A stretch of DNA of 64,000 bases from NCBI GenBank assembly GCA_008632985.1, contig QPGO01000002.1, positions 248,001 to 312,000 on the forward strand, written 5' to 3'. Of the stretch, positions 25,763 to 38,250 are shown piece after piece. A program made the translations under genes and the position numbers. Under the pieces are notes generated by a model, which saw nothing but the letters and a program-made list of their open reading frames with translations, had not been told where the DNA came from and did no database searches. The stretch comes from Psammoneis japonica (Eukaryota). Each line of letters starts with the position of its first letter. Positions within the stretch are counted from its first letter, which is position 1.

Positions 25763-26108
25763 ACATGCAGTATGTACACCCACGTCGAAGATACAGCGCG
25801 CATGGTGGATGCTGAAAAGTTGGACGTGCTGTCTCTACGAGATTTTCATACTGTAAGGGTAGGGCCCATAAAGGAATTCGATTTGTGTAGATCTTATGTA
25901 GATCTTAGTACGTTTGTTAAATCCGTTATATTCTGTAGAAGCGTACGAGTTGACAGGTAGTAGACTTTTAACGGTTCTGAGTTTCTTTTACATTCATCTG
26001 CGCTATGTTGGGGTTCGCAATAACACCGTTGGTTTATTCCGGCCACATTTTCTTCCGATTTCAGTTTTTCAGAAAACGGCAAACATCATCGCCGCCGCTG
26101 TCATCACG

Positions 26109-28247
26109 ATGGAAAGAAGACGCCCGCAAGCCGCAAGCGAGGAACAGCAGCGTATCCATAAGATCGAGAATCTAGAGCGTATTAAGTTGTTTGACGAGAG
26201 TGACACATTGCAGTTTGGGGAAGCCGAAGGACGATTGAAAACGATTGAAAACTCGAAACTGTTCGTTTCCTCTATCGTGAAATGCTTGTTGGACGTCGAT
26301 GCCGAATGCTCCATTTATCTTGTGGGAAGTCACGTAAAAGCGTTGGAAGGGCCCATGAAAGGAGACCGATTGCCTTCTTTGGATTTGATTGTGGTTGCAG
26401 GAACCCATCGTCTTGAAAACACTCTCACGGAGATTGTTAGCACGGACAACAAGGAACCTTCCGTTCGTTCTCACTCGTTTGGAGACATGGGAATCGAATG
26501 GCGTGATGCCAAAACTACATTGGAGGAATACCAAGGACGAATTAAAACACTGGTTGCGTTGGAAAACTTGGAGGACTTGCCGGCATATCGTAACGAGAGA
26601 CTGATTGACCGCAATATGAAGTTCATGCTAGCACCCAGCGTGAATCTAAATGAGAATGACGTCCTGTTCGTTTTTCGTATTCTTGACACGGACGATGATG
26701 TCAACGACAAGCAACTTCTAGAATCCTTCCTGAACGGTGAATGTCATGGCCTGTATCCAGTGAAAGGAGTGTTCTTGAGAGGTGATTTATACTGTGATCT
26801 CGGTGACTGGGACCCCGCCAACGAGCTTGCATCTCCGCGTTCGAACAATGGTGCCGAAGTGGAAATCATATCACCAAGGGGTACGGACGAAGATTGCAAA
26901 AAGGTAAGATGGTCGACACTTGAAAAATACCTGCTTGTTCCACTCGTACTCTCTTTTATTCTCGCTCATCATTGCTCGTGTCGGATTGTTTGTTTTTATG
27001 GACAGTATTCTTTCACCGCCATCTTTCCTGACGCGAACGTGCCGACCCAGGACAGGGCAAAGTGGCTTTACAAAAACTTCAAGATCCTCACCCAAGACGT
27101 CATGGATAGAGCAATCGAAGCGCTAAGCAGAAACGAAAAAATGTTCAAGTTGTACGGCAAGGAGTTTTACTTCAAGTCCAACGGTTGGAAACTACATGCT
27201 CCCAAGGACTCTCCACCGGTACTCATGTTCCATGGCGACAAATGTGAAAACGATGTCGGCAAGCGCTTTCTAGTGGTTCAAGATCCAAACGATTTGGGGC
27301 CTGTTGTTGACAAGTTGAGGCTAGAACATGTCCTTCATGACCGACGTGCGAAGTCTAAAAATCGAAAAAAGTTTGTGGCTCACCTCGCAAAGAAAGTCGC
27401 TGGATCCAATGGCAAGCTTGTGGGGTTTCTTTGGAAATTCATTCGTCCACAAGAAGAGGAGCGTGAAGAGTTCCTCAATAAGTACAGCAAGAACCAGTCC
27501 TCACCTCGTCCTACTCTCAAGTCCATCAACCCCGGCGAGGACACTTTCAAGGATGAAACTGCTGTTGTGAGTAGTCTGCCAAGGCTGCCCCCGGAAACCG
27601 TAGCGGAGGTGAGTATTACGCGTTCCTTCAAATTGCCAAGAGGAAAGATCCCATTTGTCTCAAGCATTGTATTTCGTCCTCCTTTTGGTGCTGTCCTGCA
27701 GGGCAATTCTGACGATGCCTGTTCGTCGCCAGAGCTTGCCAGAATCTTCCAAAAGCACATGTTGGACCAATCGGGATCGAATGCCAACGTAACGACTTCC
27801 TTGGATCGTATCGCTACCATTCTTGCTGAAGGAGTCAAGCTTAAAAAGGAAGACCTCCAGATGCGAAAAGAAGAAGCAAAGCGACGTGACGAAGAACTCA
27901 TGATGCGAAAGGAAGAATACAAGGCAACCATTGAAGCTTTGAAAGTAGCACTCATGCAAGCTGTCCGTGGCTCCCGCGGACACAACAATGCCACCACTAC
28001 TGCCACACCAAATGCTGTCCCTGCGACAGCTGTCCGTGGCTCCCGCAGCCGCAACAATGCGCGAAAGATGTTCAACGCAGGTGACAAATATCGTGTAACC
28101 CGTGGACAAGCAATGAATGAGGTGGTGAAGATAGTTCGTAGGACAGGGCGTGACTCTTACATGGTGCGGACGAGCGATGGCACAGAGCTCTCAAAGAGAG
28201 GCTACCATTTGGAGATATTCAATGGCGCTCTCAACGATGCCGAGTAA
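26109..28247 (+). CDS. Large family member: degenerate nucleotidyltransferase-like N-terminal motif, coiled coil, C-terminal KOW/SH3-like domain; probable introns 26904-27005 and 27609-27701
   Basis: Long ORF with ATG at 26109. Both GT..AG segments (102 and 93 nt) are homologous to clear frame-shifting introns in paralogues (41516-41606 and 11861-11774). Confidence 0.8.
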   Translation: MERRRPQAASEEQQRIHKIENLERIKLFDESDTLQFGEAEGRLKTIENSKLFVSSIVKCLLDVDAECSIYLVGSHVKALEGPMKGDRLPSLDLIVVAGTHRLENTLTEIVSTDNKEPSVRSHSFGDMGIEWRDAKTTLEEYQGRIKTLVALENLEDLPAYRNERLIDRNMKFMLAPSVNLNENDVLFVFRILDTDDDVNDKQLLESFLNGECHGLYPVKGVFLRGDLYCDLGDWDPANELASPRSNNGAEVEIISPRGTDEDCKKVRWSTLEKYLLVPLVLSFILAHHCSCRIVCFYGQYSFTAIFPDANVPTQDRAKWLYKNFKILTQDVMDRAIEALSRNEKMFKLYGKEFYFKSNGWKLHAPKDSPPVLMFHGDKCENDVGKRFLVVQDPNDLGPVVDKLRLEHVLHDRRAKSKNRKKFVAHLAKKVAGSNGKLVGFLWKFIRPQEEEREEFLNKYSKNQSSPRPTLKSINPGEDTFKDETAVVSSLPRLPPETVAEVSITRSFKLPRGKIPFVSSIVFRPPFGAVLQGNSDDACSSPELARIFQKHMLDQSGSNANVTTSLDRIATILAEGVKLKKEDLQMRKEEAKRRDEELMMRKEEYKATIEALKVALMQAVRGSRGHNNATTTATPNAVPATAVRGSRSRNNARKMFNAGDKYRVTRGQAMNEVVKIVRRTGRDSYMVRTSDGTELSKRGYHLEIFNGALNDAE

Positions 28248-28282
28248 TCTTCTTTTTGTTGCCCTGGGGGGGCGAGAGACGA

Positions 28283-28435
28283 AACGGTAGAAAGTCTTAT
28301 CTCACTGTGGGGAAGGCGAAGAATATCGTACGGTAGATGACGAGCGGATCTATCATGCTGTCACGCGCAATAATAGCTCTTTATTTTACGAAAATCCTTT
28401 GATATCTCTAGCTAGCATTGATAAAGACGGTCGAG
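28283..28435 (+). repeat. Shared downstream module, copy 3
   Basis: Reverse complement of 10830-10976. Confidence 0.8.
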
Positions 28436-31400
28436 TATGCAAAGAACAGTAAAAGTGGCAAGAAGCTTTCTGGAAAGCGTTATCGCACGTTGGATGATCC
28501 CCTTGTAAGGCGCATCATGCAATGGCGAAACCCGTTTGCAGAGCAGTAGCGAAGCTTGAGAGATGCGCTGTTGACACCATGGAATTGTTGCGACAGACCC
28601 CCGTTAAATACAATCTATCCCTTGTTTTGGAACGGCAAGTAGGAAGTCCCGCAAAACTGGAGTTACTCCACAGGATGAAGCCATTCTAGAGCACCCCAAG
28701 AGAATCGACATTGGCCTCAATCGTGGGGATCTCCCGTCAATGATGAAACCGTTGAACGCATGACAACGGACGAGCACACGTCCCTCTGGTATACGGACGA
28801 GAATGACAAGGAGACTTACTCGGAGAACAGGGCGAGGATTCGTGGTCGTGAAAAGGTCAAGGACTCGGTAGAGACGAGCCAACACACTTGCCATGAGTCC
28901 GTGCATCATCGACTTGGAACATGATCTTTGAAGATGTCAACAAAACGGTCTCAAAGGACCTCCTCAAATTGCTGCTAGCACTCGTCGTACCACTGGCACT
29001 ACTGTCTCACGAGTCAGTCAGCTGTTGATGGAATGACTGACATGATGCCCGCCATCTTCTGCTCTTGCATCGAGACAGAGCTGCGTCAAACTCTTGGGTC
29101 CAATTTCTGACATGGACAGTGCAACAAAACTGCTGTAGATGGTCTCAGCTGCAGCAACTTCTTTACATGAAGATAGACAGAAAGGATCCGTGCGAGCAGG
29201 GCACTCTTGCTGCACACAACACTCGTCACCCAGTGTCGCCTCACGCCTCTCACGTGACGCGACATGCTTGAATCCCCTGCTTCTTCCCTTACACTGTCAT
29301 TCAGAGTCGTAAGAACTTCGGGCTGCCGACGAAATAGGGGCTTCCTGAACTGAACTAAACTGTTAACCAACCAGCTTTGGTTCATCCTTTTCAGCTTTGT
29401 TGGTGTCAAGTCTTTGATTGCTTGAGCTTTTTGCTTTTGACCTTGACTGGGATGAGGCTCGACAATCAAGAACTCTTCAAGGATCTCCTCTTTGGCCCCA
29501 CTCTTCTTCAATTCTTCAATGTCAGTAGATGTCCTCCTGATCCAGTGCTGCTCAATCTTGTCAGCAACATTTTGGCTGGTTGACACAAAATCCGATCCAT
29601 GCCAACATCCTTTTCCTTCCAAAGAACTTCATGTTGACTCTGGACATGGAATCCAATGACATGTTTGGTCCACCTTCCCAGTCCAATCTTTTGGGAATCA
29701 AGTTGTCTTAAATCCCTTGGCTTGCCATTTCTTGTTGATGTGAGGATCGTGTCATTTCATTCATTGCTTGATGGACCTGGCATGAAAAAAGCTTCCCGTT
29801 GATCAGAGGACAATCCAACAAAGATTTGTTGCTTCAAATGGCATGTCTTCTGCATGACCAAGATGTGCTCAGTGGTGTGCTTTGTGTGTCTCTCATTTGC
29901 CTGCCAGATGCCAGCTTGTGTAGCCTCCTCTGTTTTGGGTTGATCTCCCATTTCAATTCATTGCTTGTTTTCTCCCGAGTGCCCCAAACATGTTTCTTTT
30001 GTGCCATGTCTCGCTTTGCATGCTCTTCTTTCTCACTCTTGACTGCAAAAAGATTCTCCTTCACAACTGCTTTCTCCATGTCAGACCAACAAATGGTTGC
30101 ATCTCTCAAGAGATCTCCCAACATCCTTGTGCAGAGAGTTCCATGCTGCACTGCCTGTGATGGCACACTCAATCAAAGGGCACTCAAGCAGCGATCCAAG
30201 AGGTTGTTTCTGAATGAATGCTTGAAATGTCTTGCAACAAGAAGGCAATCAAAAAAATGCACCTGCATTTCATTCATTGTTTGAGAGCTTTTTTTTGCTT
30301 GCTCAATCATCCAGTTGCAAGCATTTGCTGCCAACACTTCCTCTGCAAAGGCAGCCGTCATGAACCAGGGGTGCACTGCAGCAGGAGCTGCTGCTGCGGC
30401 AGCTTCAACACACATTTCCGGGATGGCAGGGTTGAAAAAGTCAAGAAGAAATGACAGATTCTTCTCAGCTGCACTTTCTCCATCTGTTCCTGTGAATTGA
30501 TCCCCAGTGAATGAGGCACAATCTTCACTTGAAAGAATTGCTTTGTTGAAATTGTTGTTCTTCCAATGGGAGGGGCCTCCAACAACAACCAATTTTCTGC
30601 AATGGCGCACAGGTTTCATTGAATCTTCATCCAACATCCTGTCCATCATCTCTGCCATGGCTCCATCTGCCAAAACGAACACAGACTCTTCTGACATTGC
30701 GACTGCCTGCTGCAAGTGCTTTCTCAAACACTTCCATTTGGGTGTCAGCTTGGCAAGTCAATGCACCAGCAACACTGTGCACAGTTCCCCTCAAGCCAAT
30801 GTCATGTTCTAAATGGGACAAGGACAAAGACAGTTCTTGCTCCATGCAGCATCAACTTCAACAACAGTGCTGACAATGTGATCTTTGTGATCATCCTCCT
30901 CACAAGAACAAAGGCTTTTGATGTCTTGAAGGAATGCGGTGGAGAGCACATGCTGTTGCACTCATCTGTTCCCCAAGGCATTGTGCCAAGGTTGTGAAGA
31001 ACAGCAGCAAAATTGGATGGCACCACTTCTCCAATGTTGTGTGTGCAGCTCTTGCTTGGCAAGAAAACTGGTGGTGCTTTGTCACATCATGTGTGCTCTG
31101 CTTCATTTGTGTTCTCCAGTCAGCGTCATTGCAAGCAAGCGGATGGTCTTGATTGCAGGGCTGCTTGCCAACTGGTGGTGCCTGCACCAACCTTGCAGTC
31201 TGTTCAGCTGAGCTGCCCTTGCCATCCTTGAAGTTGCAATTGTCTCAAGAACTCATTAGAGGCGTGTGCATTCCAAGGTCTGTGCATTGAGTTATTTCCT
31301 CTGCCACCCTCCTGGACACATCAATTGAGAGTGTGTTTTGTGAGACTTGGTCAATTGCGTCCAAAGCAAGAGATCATGTGGTTGAGTTGGTTGGCTTCCC

Positions 31401-34000
31401 TTCACTTGGAATGAGAAAATGTTTGCCATGTGTCCAACATCCTTCCTTGGGCAAACTGACCAAACCATCAAATCTTGACAAGTGGCAGCAACAAACACCC
31501 AGGGCTGGTGTCCAGCACATGTTTCAGGCTGACATTTTAAAATGGAACGTGACCTGTGCTCACAGCAATTTCCCAAGCATTTTTCATGGCAGTTTGTTGG
31601 ACATGACGGCAGTTGCCCAAGAAAGGTGCAACCACCTGAAAATCATTGTCACAAAAGTTGCAAATGTTGAGCTTGGAGACCATCTGTGGCTTGATCAAAA
31701 CGAGCTCCACCTTCGCTGCATTGTGCTGCTGGATGCAAGCAATGCCTTTCTGCCACAGGTCAAGTGCAGGAAAGTTGGCCATCATCACAGGACAGTTTCC
31801 ACCAGGAACAAATTCCACAGAGTGGGAGCAGCCTGGAGGGATGAGGAATGCCATCAGAAGAGCAGCAATGGCTGGTTGGTCATTCTGAGTGGCAGGGTTG
31901 CCAAAGCAAAGGTGTTCAAGAGACGCCGGATCTTGGCTGCCATCTGCAAGAAGCAGACCTTTGATGTCATCTGGAGGAATCTTGGCTTGAGGCAAGTTGA
32001 GTGCAACGACATCTGCACGATGCACACAATGGTCATGAAGTGTCCTCAGAAATGTTGGTGAGTGCCCAACATGGGGACAACTTCCCCAACAGAGTCAGAA
32101 AAGATCAACAAGAACTTGACTTGGTTTCCATCATTGATGAAAGAAATGAGCATTGCAACAGGATGATGCAGCCTCAGCAGAACAACAGGGCTGGTCAATC
32201 TGACCCCACAGACATGGTCAGCAAGAGCACCGCTGGAATCACAGCAAGAAAGGACCAGCTCAGACCAGTTGAGAGCAAACTCAGTCTGCATTCTCAAGTG
32301 GGGACAACAATGCTTGACAGGAGAAGCTTTGCCATGCTCAACAGCAGCAAGGATGTCAGCGGCCATGGTGGGTTGGGAGACAGAGAGAACACTTGGAAGG
32401 CAGGTGCAAAAAGGCAAAACCAAAGTTTTGTTGGAGAGAAATGAAGTTTTCAGATGAAAAATTTGGTGTGGAATGCAGTGGAAATCATGCCAGAAAACTG
32501 GAGAGGTTCAGGGAAGATTGCTTTGCATGATCGGAGTCAGGTTTGCAAGGCTCTGCAAGACCAAGAGCGGACAGAGCAGGTCAAAATTTTGACAAACAGA
32601 AAGAAATTGAAGGGAAAACAAGGGTCTGTCCTAAGAGATTTTAAATCTCAGAAAGTTGTGGTCACAATTTTTCTCACAGGACACCCCAGAATTGCTGATG
32701 ATCCACCAGCTGCATCAGGAATCAAACATTCACAGAATCCTGGATCAGAGGGATGTGTTTGAAGATGCACGTGAGTTTGTGTCAGAGCTTGTGCATTGAT
32801 TTTAGTTGAGATGGTTGTGAGGAGAATGTCCTCACTTGGACACTTGCAAAGACAAAGCATGTTCAGAACACAGTGTTGCACAGAAGTGATTCATGTGGAG
32901 CTGTTGCAACAGTGTCAGAGCACAGTCTGTTCATGAATGAATGCAAGATGGGTGTGAGATCTGAGAACCACAATGACAGAGGGAAAAAAGGAGAGAGATG
33001 TGATGCAGAGGCCAATTTTGTAGAGCAACCTGACAACTGCAGGGTGACAGACCTGGAGAGTGTTGGGCTCCTGTGTTGACAGTGTGGCCATGTTCTGATG
33101 TTTTGTGGTCTGACAAAACCAGGTGGATCAAACACAATCCTGATCAGTTGGCTTGTGAAGTCATTCATCTCACATCTTGAAGAAGTCAACAACATGAGAG
33201 AAGGTCTTGCTGCACTTGCTCTTCTTGTTCTCATGCCCTCAAATCTCATCTTTGCTTCTGCCGACAACACCGCCACTTCCAGTGTCACCTCTTCCCATTG
33301 CTGCTGACAGTGTCACCTCGACCACCAGCAGCATGGCCATCACCACTGCCGCTGCTCAAATCTGCCAAGGCTGCTGCAACGCCATTTGCCACCACATCTG
33401 AGCAGAGGAGACAACAAAAAAAAAGCAGTCAGTGACTTGGTGCAGCGGGCATGCTGGAGCACAGAAAAAGTTGCCGACATCAATGGCATCAGCATTGGCA
33501 CCACTTGGCCACAGTGGCTGAGGACCTCAGCTCTGCAGCTGGCACCACATGCCAAACCCCAGCACTCAGCTTGCTTTTGTGGGCAACAAAGTGCCGGCCA
33601 AGGGTGCAATCCTTCACTCTTTGTTGGGGCACCATGGTGTCCATGCAGGCAAGTGGGAGCAACAGCAAAGGAAAGGTCCAGCATCATTGGTTGCCACCAG
33701 AGTCTGGCCAGTCAAAGATCTCTGCCCCCCCACCACCTGTCTGTTTTTTCCTGCATGGGGTCTGGCGCCAAAAACACAGAAGATGTTGTGTGTGTGTTTC
33801 TCTTGTCCAATTGCAAGGAAAGTTGCTGCACTTGAGATCTTCTCTGGCACTGCCAGATGGTGCTTTCATTGATGTCTGTCTGTTGAGAGCTGAAAAAGCA
33901 CATGGCACCACTCTTCCTTCCTCAATGGCCAGCATTGTGGCACACCACATGTGCGCAACAATGTTTTCTGTTTTTGGGCTCCACTTTGCTTTTCTTGTTG

Positions 34001-34271
34001 TTTCTCCAACACAGCCATTGCACAGCAGAAAGAAAAAGTGGAAAAGATTGCAAACACACCACTGGCCATTGTTGTTGTTTGCTGATTGCTGAGAAAATTG
34101 AAAGTTGAGAGTTTGTGTTGAGAACATTCAATTTTGACTCTTTCTCACATCTTTCCTGTTGTTTTCTCCACCACAGCTGGTGCACAACACAAACAAAAAG
34201 TGGAAAAGAGTGCAAACATGTCATTGGCCATTGTGGTTGGTTGCTGGTTGCTGGGTTGCTGAACAAAGTGA
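34001..34271. repeat. ~100-bp direct repeat x2
   Basis: ttctcca..acagc..aaaaagtggaaaaga.tgcaaaca..tggccattgt at ~34001 and ~34164. Confidence 0.75.
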
Positions 34272-37200
34272 GCATTTCTGTTTTTGGCTGTGGGAAAAAA
34301 ATGTGCGGATGACTGCTGCCTGTCTTTGCAACAATCTTTGCATGCATTTGCAGGCACATGTGTGCGTGTGTGGTGTCAGCAGAAACACCAGAGTGGGGAA
34401 CAATTTGCCCGGGGGCAATCAAACAATTTGGGCCACCTTTGCTTTTTGGTTTGGGGCTTGGCTGCATCGCAATGAATGAAGCGACACCCACATGCTCAGT
34501 TTTCAATTTGGTGCCTTCATTGACAATGTGGGTCAACCACAGACAACCCCACCACTGCTTCAATTTTTTGTTTGCTCTCTCCCAACACATCAGTGTTCCC
34601 TGCTCTTCATTTTCAATGCAGCCATTCCATTGACTCCATTTGTTTTCAATTTTCCAATTCATTGCTGAACATTTAAACTGCTGCCTGTTGTGGTGTGTCT
34701 GCCACCCACAAATCCATGTCTTTGGTGTTCTCCTCTTCTTCATCTCCTGCTTCCAACTGTTTGCTGTTGTCATCTTGGGTCTCTTCTGTCCCATCCACTT
34801 GCTCCCAGAACTGTCTCTGCCAAACCTTGTCACACTTGTCTGTGTCTTTGCTCAATCTTTTTTGGCCAATCGCACTTCCCAATTTTTTGCATCTGTCCAG
34901 CCCCTTCTTGCTCTGACCCTGTTGACCCTTTTGTGCTTGATTCATTTGATTGCCCTGCTTCTTGCTGCTTCTTTTCCACCTTCAACTCCTCCTTTGTTTT
35001 GCCATGCATGTGCGCCCACTTGCACCAATTGTTCTCCAACACCAGCAGGCTGAATGCCTTGTTGCTTGCAGATGCCAACACCTGTTCAAGCAATGTTTTG
35101 ATTTGAGCCAGTGCTTCCACATTGTCTTTCCCACCACTGTTGGCAGGAAGTGCAGGGTGAAGCAGCTGTGGGCATCCATGTCATCTCTCCCCTTTAGCAT
35201 GTCATCCAGTGATGGCATCTCTGCACTTGCATTTGCTCGTGCATTTCTCTTGTCATGTCAATGCACCCTTCTCACTCACACAACACAAAGCAATGATGTG
35301 CGAGCATTGTTCTCCATTGTCCCGCAACCTCTGCAATCAGTTTTGATGCAGCACTTGCAGAAGAACTCTTTCTTGAGTTCCAAACATGCATTGTTCCTCT
35401 TTCTTGTCATCTGCCTTCACACCTTGTCCTTTGACAATTTCCAGAACCAAGCTCTTGTTTCTTGGGGCACATTGATCTCAGAGAGCACAGTGTCAAATGC
35501 TCCGCCATTGCAATTTTTTGTGGCCTTTCTGTTCAGGAATTTGTGCTGTTGGAACAACACATTCTTGCAGCAGTTCTCCAAAACAAGCTTGGCCCTGTCG
35601 ACAATTTGTTTGTTGCATCACTTCTTCCTTCTTTTCTTGCTGGTCATGTCATCTTCCATGCTGGACAAGGCCAGAGCCCCACCTGTCACAACTGATCCAC
35701 CTTCACCCATTTGCATCATCCTGTGTTGTGGCCAACCCATCCTGCCCCTGTTCTTGGCAAGTCCTCCACAATTGCCACTTGCATTGCTCTGACATCTCTC
35801 ACCTCATTTTGCTGTGGGCTTTGGAGCAGTGCTGTTGCTTCCCTCAGGCTTGGCATGGTGGAGCACACATTTTGACTGGTTTGTTAAAAGTGACTTTGTT
35901 CACACACTGTGCTGCAAATCATCCAGTGCTGGGCCCCACGACGGCCTGCTGACATGCCTGCCCTGCATGTGCCTGTTGCCACACATTCCCACATGCGCCT
36001 TCTCTGTTCACGTCTCATTGGTCAGATTCATCTAAATGCAGGAATGCATGTGTGACACATGTGGTTTGTGCGATGCAGTGCAGGCAGCCACAAAATGGTG
36101 TGGCTGTGAAACTGCAACTCCCCAAGTGCGCAAAAAAGGGAAATGGTGGCAAGGAAGGACAGTGAGTGCATCTGAACCAACTCATCAAGAACAACATTGA
36201 TTGATGAGAGCAAATGGCCAAATGGATCAAGGTTGCACTTCATCTTTAGAGCGTCAAAGCCGGGGATGCAATCATCAGTCAATGGGCCACTTCTTGTGTG
36301 GTCCAAGCCAACAGATTTGCGTGGCTCTGGCAATGAGTTGAAAATGGACCAGACCTTGTCAATGTGTGGTGAGTGAATGGTTTTGGCTGGATGCCACCTG
36401 TTGGTCATGTTCACTGCACATGCATCCTGTCGCAGCTGTTTGTTGTGGCTCACCTGCATTGCTGAAGGCTGCCTCAGAGAGAGACACAACAGGTGCTTTG
36501 GTTGTCTGAAGGCTGTTGTGGCTGTTGAGGTGGCAATCCAAAAGCCCACTGAGTTTTGTGTTGGCCAAACGCAGGGAAGGAACACAACAACCATCAGCAA
36601 TTTTGTTGCCTTTCTTTGCGTTGATGTCCAACGGGTCATTGTGGTTAAACAGAACTTGTCCGGGGGCAAACCAAGGGACATTGCCAACTTGCTTGATGTG
36701 TTTGGAAACAGCAACAAACCCAGATGTCATGACAGGATCTCATTGACAGGCCAGACATGGCCAACTGGCACGTTGTTGTGCAAATTCTTCCTTCCCGTGC
36801 ATTGACTGGATGCAGAGCCACAGCCCATGAACATGCCAAGCATCTGGCGAACAGCGCAAGAGGAGGAAGAGCTGGCAGCAGGAGTTTTGCCAGCTTTCTT
36901 GGAGAGGGCCTTGAAATCCATTAGATCAAGGATGGGGTGACCCTCATTGACGATGTGAAAGCAGTTGTTGTGGTGGCTCTGGTTTGGAGGACAGACTTCA
37001 AATTGGATGGTGCCCTTGCAACGGAGCTGTGCAATGGCCAGGTGCATGTCTGAGTGTGCCATCATGTGATGACAGTGCTTCCCATTAGCACAAGCAGATG
37101 CCCAACCCCTGTCTAGATTGTGCAGCACAAAGTGAGCGCAAGTGATGTGTGTCCAATGAGCGCAGCTGGCCTGCCCTGGCTTGCAAAGTGTGAAAACTCT

Positions 37201-37797
37201 CTTCCAATGGGATTGTTTGGGCTCCACTCAGTCAGACCATGCTGGTGTCCTTGAGTTCTCTCCATTGTCTGGGAACAGAGCATGGGACAGTGGATGACTG
37301 TCAAGTGTTGACAGGAGGGGATGGCACCACATCGTCCGGAAGTGCCGGGCCATGCCCACTCCATTCATTTGTGTTTGCGCATCAGCTGAGGGAGTGCTTG
37401 TCAACAACACATCTGGCGGTGCAGCAGCAGGAGGCAAAGATGCTGCTGCAATGTCAGGGGGGGGACCGGGCTCAACATGCGGAACATTTGCCAAAGACCA
37501 GGGGGAAGTGGCAGGAGAAGAACCTGTGTGTTGGTCAACAGAGTCAACAAAACCAAGATTGACACCTTTGCAAATGCCACATGAGGTGGCGTCATGACAA
37601 TTGACCACACCCAGAGTGGGGCAGCCTCCAAAAGCTGCACCCCTGCAAAAGGCAAGGGCCATGGGATGAACCTTGGCAGCACACTCTCCGGCTTGCAAAG
37701 TGAGGAGGGAGCTGGGGACACAAGCTGACAAAGTCAGCGCAGGGAGCATCCGCTGACATTGCTGCACCCCCAATTGGAGTGGGGGGCATGGGCCATG

Positions 37798-38250
37798 TGC
37801 AACACACAGCTGCCAACAAGAGTCAACGCATCACGGCGACGTGTTGCAGCCTTTAAATGTCACAATGGGCGTGACAAAAACAACCTTTTGTCTGCATGCA
37901 CACTACATTGTGAATTCACAGCGGAGTGGTTCAATGCGCAACCATTGGGCAGGAGGCCAGGGGTTCGAAACCCTGAGTGGGAGTTGTCTGCAGCAACGTT
38001 GATCACTGTCGAACGCGCAAAACTCTGTGCAGTTCTGCACGTTCCTTCGCACGCACCCACACTGTTCCGCCAAAAACGTGCAGTGTCAGTGCACGTTAGT
38101 AAAGAGCCGCATGGACGCGTGACACATGGGGAGGAGTGCAACATGCAGCTGCCAATGAGAGTTGGTGCATCACGGCGACGTGTTGCAGCCTTTAAATGTC
38201 ACAATGGGCGTGACAAAAACAACCTTTTGTCTGCATGCATGCTGCACATG
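37798..38250 (+). repeat. ~110-bp direct repeats (37798-37910, 38138-38250) enclosing a tRNA-like segment
   Basis: Identical core gcatcacggcgacgtgttgcagcctttaaatgtcacaatgggcgtgacaaaaacaaccttttgtctgcatgca. Confidence 0.9.
37912..37983 (+). pseudogene. tRNA-derived sequence (pseudo-tRNA or SINE head) with Pol III A- and B-box
   Basis: A-box-like cagcggagtggttcaatgcg (TAGC.GAGTGGT.TAA.GCG before TA loss) and B-box GGTTCGAAACC in a caggg/ccctg stem. Anticodon arm not intact. Confidence 0.55.

Noticed and set aside
25914..26108. N-terminal extension of the 777-aa ORF
   Set aside because: Non-ATG start in promoter-like sequence; the first ATG is at 26109.
37912..37983. Functional tRNA gene
   Set aside because: The acceptor and anticodon arms do not pair properly; kept only as a tRNA-derived remnant.
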